A stretch of DNA of 57,449 bases, the filler included, from Sluysia triapertura (Eukaryota), in NCBI GenBank assembly GCA_046118255.1. It is 5 parts of 5 records of this genome, joined end to end, with 100 filler letters (N's around TTAATTAATTAA, not from the genome) between each part and the next. Parts side by side here need not be neighbours in the genome. Positions count along the whole stretch, not along the records: positions 45,836 to 57,449 come from JBJNIA010182801.1; 4 more parts are not named here. One strand, 5' to 3'. Below the pieces are notes generated by a model. That model was not told the origin of the DNA and did not search any database. It saw only the letters and a program-made list of their open reading frames with translations. How positions within the stretch are numbered: the stretch's first letter is position 1; every line of letters starts with the position of its first letter. The translations under genes and the position numbers were made by a program. Below, piece after piece: positions 51,134-57,449 of the stretch.

Positions 51134-52039
51134 ATTGCACTATATCGATGAAGTGATTATGATTATGTAGGACCGAAATGATAAGATTAGAAAAGAATTA
51201 GTTTAAAATATTATTGGTATTAATACATGTTTTCAATACGTTGCTTTGGCATAACCAGCTATTACGTAAACTAGAATCTTTTCCTACCCATTTTACGTAT
51301 TACACATCAAAATGTTGGGGTAGTCAGAAGATAAAGTGAATGTAACGACATTGCAGCTTGATGGTAAATGAATCAATATTTTGGAAAGTTTTGAGAAACA
51401 TTTATGAGCATATTAATTAGTAAATTTAATTAGAATTGTTTGAAAATCATTTGTAATCAATAACTTATCACACGTAGTAAAACACAATCATGAAATGACA
51501 CCAAAACAGTAGTAAACATGTCAACATAGATAAAGTAAAATCATCAGTTTTAATTAATTTTCTTTATTATAAAGTTAGATTTTTTGTATTATAATGAGCC
51601 TGCATAATAAAAGTAAGTATTAAATTAATGCTGATTAAGAGATCATTTTAAACATGTTATTGAATTTGATTTGTTACGTACCCTAATGTGTTGTATATTG
51701 TATCAAAAGATATTATTGAAAATAAGTTTTATACTTGACTAGATTTATATTAAATTTAAGTTAATGTATTATTCTATCAATAAGTATTATTATAACTATG
51801 ATCATAAATTTTAATTTTATTATTTTGAAAAGTTAAGAGTTTGTTTGCCGAAAAACTCATTATCTTTGCATGTATTTATGCTATTCGCGATTTTTACCTT
51901 GTGAATTTAAACAAAGTATGTACATATTTTATTTAAGTAAATGTTAATTTATGCATTAATAAATTTACAAAATACAAATTTACACAATATTTTATCAAAT
52001 TTACGAAATATTTTAATATTTATATATTTAGGTATTTAA

Positions 52040-52470
52040 CCCGTTCGCCGTGGTTAAATTTCTCAGGCTTAAGCAGGTCATGTTACATATTGTTTTAGAG
52101 AATTAAATGAGGAAAATGTTTTGCATAATCGTTTCTGCTTTTAAAGTCTACGCACAAAGTTATTTCAATAATATACCACCATTTTGTGAGAAAATATTTG
52201 AATCAAATAAAATAAGTGAAAATATTATAAAGTCTAAAGTTATTATTACTTCCACACAATATTACACTGATAGAGAATACTAAATTTACCAATTTACATA
52301 TTTTATGCTATTTTATTAAAAATTCATGAAGAATTATACATTTTTATTAATTTTGAAATTAACACTAAGGCAAGTGGCGCTAGCTTATTGGCTTTTCTCA
52401 CATATATTTCATATAATCTCAAATAAATTTATGTTCGCAAAAATGTGTTCACCGGCGGTTTAAGCGTTGA
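52040..52470 (+). mobile_element. piggyBac-like non-autonomous element related to the 45494 copy
   Basis: TTAA (52036-52039) + CCCGTTCGCCG; shared internal block 52063-52251; right end uncertain (CCGGCGGTTTAAGCGTTGAA near 52452-52471 is a poor TIR match). Confidence 0.6.
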
Positions 52471-53941
52471 AAATATATTGCAATAAATAAAAAATATAAA
52501 CCGTAAAGCCATCATTTAACAACCATGGTTGCTAATAAGTTAATGTAATTGTAATATGATTGTATGAAAGTCATAGGAAGCATAACTTGTAAGTACTACT
52601 CATTTAATTTAAATTAAATTGAAAACTTGATAAATAAGTTTATATTTATTTATAATTGTTTCATCTGTTGTCAAATAAACCTTCGCATATTTCATCTACT
52701 AAAATTCCATTTTCAGCATTAGGAGCGAGTTTTAGACTAATTTCCTCCGTGAGAAACTAAATCTAAATTTATACAAAATAGAAGTCATTCATGAAATTTT
52801 TCAGCAAAATTTTCATAATACTTAAGATAATTCAATTAGTAGTAATATAAAATTAAAGAATAACTTTACTATTTAAAGTAATTAATAAGTAAATCTATTA
52901 CAAATTATGAAGTTTTAAAGGAAAATAACAAATTTTTATAACACAGTATATTTATAGATGGATGTACGTATTTTAACTGCTTCGATAAAAAGTTTGAATT
53001 ACGCAAATAATAGTATGTGTTATGCATGATGTGTTGAACAAATATCTGATCTAAATATGAATAAAATTATATTATAGCCAATTTAATTTTTAGTTGCATT
53101 CTATACTTAATGTTTGCCTATCGTTTATTCTTTTGTCAGTTAATTTCAATCTGTATAATATTCTCGTATTATGGCCAATTTAATCTATATTTTATTTAAT
53201 TTTCTTCTGTAATATATTAAAATTAAGTTTCACTTTACATCGAAATGATTTCGACTTGCTCATTAAGTATGACATGTTCATTATGTTATGTATTGTATTC
53301 TTAGATTATGTTACGATTTTATCACGTTCTAAGGTTACAAAGATATTCTTTGTTATAATTTTATGTTACGATTACTTGATTTAGGTTTGCAAATTATATT
53401 TTAATTTTAAGACATTATTTAATTTAAATTTAAATTTTACAATTTATCATTTTGTATTTTTGCAATAATAATAATTATAATATTTATGCATTAGGTATAA
53501 ATAGAAATTCTACATTTGAATACGTCATGCACATATATTATTTATGAAAAATGAATGAACATCATTGTTATTATTATTATTATTATAATTATAATTATAA
53601 TTATATTATAAAGCACAATTAATCTTTTTCACTTGTTTATTAACTTTTTAAGTTAACCTATTTATTACCGGTTCGAAAATTGACACGTTTCATCTAGACG
53701 CATTGACATATGCCAGCCTCATTTGCCTTACTAAAAACCAACTTGAAACATAAGAATGCTCAGTGACGACAACACATACTTGATTTTAGTAAAGATAGTT
53801 TTTGGCTTTTTTTATCAAATGGTTAAGAATATTTAAATTGTTTTTAATTGATTTCCATTTGTTAATTAATTTTGAACAATGTATTTTTTCTTATTTTCTT
53901 TTATTAATATGTGTTTCTTTCAAGATTAATGATGACTATCA

Positions 53942-54006
<65 letters not shown>

Positions 54007-54561
54007 TATTATTATTATTATGTTTTAAACATAGTTCTAAGTGTCGGTATGACTAATAGAATGCTACAGAAATATTCAATTTATATTTGTTTCTTAGAAA
54101 ATTAAAACGAAAGAAATTTAATTAGATTTCTAATTTGAATTATTGGTAGGCTTACAACGTGTTGAAAATATTTATTTTTCTACATGATTCATTTTGTGCG
54201 ATATATTTTCAATAAATATATTGATAAAATCTCCGTCATTCACTTTTTAACACAGTATAGTTAATGTTCATCATTCTATTTTTATTGTAATTAATTTTTA
54301 ATATCAATATTTATAATAATTTAATTGTCTGCAAAATAATAAAACCAACGTAATATTTTATTTTTGGCTTTAAAATGATGAAAAACTTTGACTTTAAAAC
54401 ATTGAAAAATCTTTAATGATCATTAATTTAAAACATAAGAAACTGTACAAAAAAGATGATTTATTAGTGTGTAATAATTTAATATTCTAAATTCGAATAA
54501 CGTTATGAAACTTTGGAGTGCACGTGTCTGCGTGTCAATATACTTGAATTTAAATGTTTAA

Positions 54562-55021
54562 CCCTTCGCGGTCCACTGTCGGGGAAGCTAATTTAACATA
54601 AACACTGAAACGTTTATGTAATCCGTTATATGTCGAAGATGATCCAGTATTTTTATTTGCACTGATCCGTCATCATCAAGTTCGGACCACTATACTACCA
54701 CTGTACTATATGCGAAGTGTGCAGATTAGTTTTATGGGAGTTGTGCAAGTGTAATATCGTAAATAAATAGGAATATTCATAAGTTAGAATTTAGGATTAT
54801 CAAAAAACAGGCAATTTGATATTTTATAAACTAATATAATATATATTATTTTTTTATTATATAGATATTACATAAATATTACAAACGTAATTAAATTAAT
54901 AAATAAATAATTTAAATTCGATTTGAGTATGTTTTTTGAGTCACGCGTTTAATTGTGAAAATTTTGTGTTTTCATTGGAACTAAATAGGATTCAATGCAA
55001 ATAAAATAGGACCGCAAAGGG
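54562..55021 (+). mobile_element. Non-autonomous piggyBac-like element, 460 bp
   Basis: TTAA at 54558-54561 and 55022-55025; 13-bp TIRs CCCTTCGCGGTCC / GGACCGCAAAGGG (1 mismatch); internal CEVC relic may derive from the Cys-rich transposase tail. Confidence 0.88.
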
Positions 55022-55583
55022 TTAAAAGTGTTAAAAATATGTGAACATAATTATAAAATCTAAATTGTAATCATCTAATATTGGTTACGAAGCTAAAAAG
55101 TAATGATATAATTTTTCAAGAATCAAGACAACGTTTCTATCAATAAACATATTACATCAAAAGTCAGAATAGTTTGATGGAGTAAAACTTTAAAACTTTT
55201 AAATGTTTCAAATCAAGACACTGAAAATTCGGAAAAATTCATTTACAATAAAGAAATAGCTGTTTCATTTAATGTATGTTAATCGTTATGCCTAGATAAA
55301 TATTTGATATTACATAATAAAAAAATATGATACCTTTTTACTCAATATATTTATTCAAGATTTTCAATGAATCAAAGAAGATCAAAATTAATGTTATTAG
55401 CATTAAAGCACATAGGGCATCTCAAGATTCTTTGTTGTATGATGAAATTATACTAAGCCTATACAAAAATATTAATAAAAGTAAATCGAATTCTTGTCTT
55501 GAAAATATGATTCTATTAATATAAAATGATAAATAATAAAAATGCTAAACTAATGTTTATTGATGTTTTTTCTTTTCCCACAG

Positions 55584-55680
55584 GATATTTTCTGAACGGA
55601 TATCGATTGCTTTCGTCACTTTGTTTAAGTAATAATCAAAATAAAACAGTAACGTTTCAAAAACACATTTTTGAAACATG
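55584..55680 (+). pseudogene. Possible LRR-like exon relic
   Basis: Acceptor ttcccacag|; YFLNGYRLLSSLCLSNNQNKTV fits LxxLxLxxN loosely; soon terminates. Confidence 0.3.
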
Positions 55681-55782
55681 AAAATATTATAAAAGATAAT
55701 TAAACATTACTTGTGCCAAAATCAAAATCAATGATGCATTTATTAAGCTATTGTTATTTTAATTATTTTATTTTTGCTTTAA

Positions 55783-56100
55783 ACCCTTCCCTGTTTATTC
55801 CGTATATTTACGGGGTAACTAAAACTGATCAGAGCATAAAATCCCGTATATGATGAACCAAAACAATCAAACGAAAAAATAAGTGTAATCTTCATAATAT
55901 TTATAAAACGACGTCGGAAATATATTTATACACTATTTTTGTTATTATTCAATATTACATTATATGTTTTATTACTCTGTTTGTCGAGTTTTATTTGTTT
56001 TTCTATTAGAAAAAAATTATTTTGTCTTCGCATTTTAGTTGTAATAAAAAATAGCCAGTTTTCGACCATAAACTTGAAAAATAAATAAACATGGAAGGGC
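55783..56100. mobile_element. TTAA-flanked MITE, 318 bp (piggyBac-like ends)
   Basis: TTAA at 55779-55782 and 56101-56104; 17-bp TIRs ACCCTTCCCTGTTTATT versus reverse complement GCCCTTCCATGTTTATT (2 mismatches). Confidence 0.8.
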
Positions 56101-56491
56101 TTAACCCATTTAAATGAAACGAAATATTTCAGTATTGATTATGCTGTTTTAATCCATATCGGTGTATAAAATAAAATTTCAAAATTTTAAGTAAAATTTA
56201 TTTAAAAATGGGTCTGTGCATCTCAAACATTTTTTCACTAAAATGAACAGAAGATCTATTTAGATAATTCAATATAATTATAAGGTGATACTAACATTTT
56301 TTAATATTCGAATAATTAAATTTCATTGGTTTAAACTATTTTTTAATTACAATTGCTAAAAATAACCGAGTTATCATATAGACGTATCAAATTTCCAACG
56401 TAGTTGAGATTTTAAATTTCATTAAAGTTAGAATAATACTTTTGTAATAATAATTATTATTATTATGATTATATTATTATTATTTTATCAG

Positions 56492-56931
56492 ATGAATCAA
56501 ATCCGGAATCAAATGTCAGATCTCGAAAAGTATCTACAGCCAGCCTCTCAAGTTTAATTGATTCTCAACTGAACTCTCATTTGAATCACCCGCTTCCTAA
56601 TAATATTCAAAATTCTAATGTTTTGATACCAATTTCTTTACAAACACAACCTCAATCTATTAGCCCGGTGAAATTAAAAACTGTTCGTCAAAATTCAATT
56701 CAAAACTGCAAGCTTTCCAAAATTAATTCTGTATTTTCATTTTCACCTTTATTATCAACTACATCATCTGCTTCGGCACCGCTTTTGATGTCCCAATCAT
56801 CATTATCATCAATATTAAATTCTTCGATAAATCCATCAGTTTCATCTACTACTTCGAAGTTGTCAATAAAGCGTAAATGGCTGAGTACTGGTTTTAACAA
56901 TATTAATATTAATAATATTGATATTAATAAT

Positions 56932-56982
<51 letters not shown>

Positions 56983-56985
56983 TAA
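56492..56985 (+). CDS. Ser/Asn-rich low-complexity exon of an unidentified gene
   Basis: Acceptor ttttatcag| at 56491/56492 opens a frame (ESNPESNVRSRKVSTASLSS...) continuous with ORF 56581-56985; basic motif IKRKWL; ends in an AAT-derived poly-Asn, so the true 3' boundary is uncertain. Confidence 0.55.
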
Positions 56986-57241
56986 TTTATTTTGTAAAAA
57001 TTATTTCAATGGTTAAATTTAGTTTTAATAATAATTAAATATAATGTTTTAAATTGTAATCAAATTTAAATTTATGTTACATTTATAATTACTTATATAA
57101 GCCGAAGAAATCAAACAGAAAAATATAATTTCCTTTTCAGGAAATTTGAATGATGATAGTTTTGGATTTGAATAATAATACTATATAAGTATAGTATTTT
57201 ATTATTTGACTTATTTTTAAAGTTTAGTTTAAAGTCTATTT

Positions 57242-57427
57242 TTGTATATGAGACATTTACAATATTTAGACTTATCATATAACAATTTTGTTCGTATTGA
57301 ACCGCGTGCTTTTGTTGGTTTAACATTGTTAACATTTTTTCTCGAACGTAATAATCCACCATTAAAATTGGAGTTGATTTTGATCCTATGTGTCTACTTA
57401 ATCATTTTAGAAAGATCCAACATGTAG
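57242..57427 (+). pseudogene. Leucine-rich-repeat fragment (typical extracellular LRR)
   Basis: HLQYLDLSYNNFVRIEPRAFVGLTLL is a canonical LxxLDLSxNxIxxIxxxAFxGL repeat; flanking sequence loses the pattern and no clean exon boundaries were seen. Confidence 0.6.
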
Positions 57428-57449
57428 ATGAAAGAGTATTGGAGTGGGA

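Noticed and set aside
50927-51151. ORF with MHGS repeats, and the 12-mer array as a possible CRISPR
   Set aside because: The peptide is just the translated tandem repeat; no spacers, no cas genes, eukaryotic context.
53802-54105. Poly-Leu and poly-Tyr ORFs (likewise 25477-25707, 34379-34564, 47297-47479)
   Set aside because: Translations of (ATT)n microsatellites that mimic TM helices.

Overview
Very AT-rich, intron-containing animal DNA with dense (AAT)n microsatellites; a protocadherin gene points to a non-ecdysozoan, possibly a flatworm (inference). The window is not one locus: four identical artificial 100-nt spacers (N44-TTAATTAATTAA-N44) join five pieces of about 11-11.7 kb, so adjacency across spacers is meaningless. 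Genes: one complete 5-exon minus-strand chromatin gene (1137 aa) with a SAMD1-type winged helix, an H15-like second winged helix, an AT-hook, a double PHD finger and a SAMD1-type SAM domain but no MYST domain, i.e. a SAMD1/KAT6 hybrid architecture (the most interesting item). Also a large protocadherin exon (end of EC2 to EC7 plus TM), a Notch-like EGF-repeat exon, a PPEF/rdgC-like exon cut by a gap, an acidic PxDL-motif ORF, a Ser/Asn-rich exon, a frameshifted RhoGAP pseudogene and LRR fragments. Mobile DNA: several TTAA-flanked piggyBac-like non-autonomous elements, two Tc1/mariner-superfamily relics, a foldback-like element, and an unclassified ~0.8 kb repeat family with a terminal hairpin and CCAAT/TATA cassette in 4-5 copies. 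No tRNA, rRNA or CRISPR recognised.
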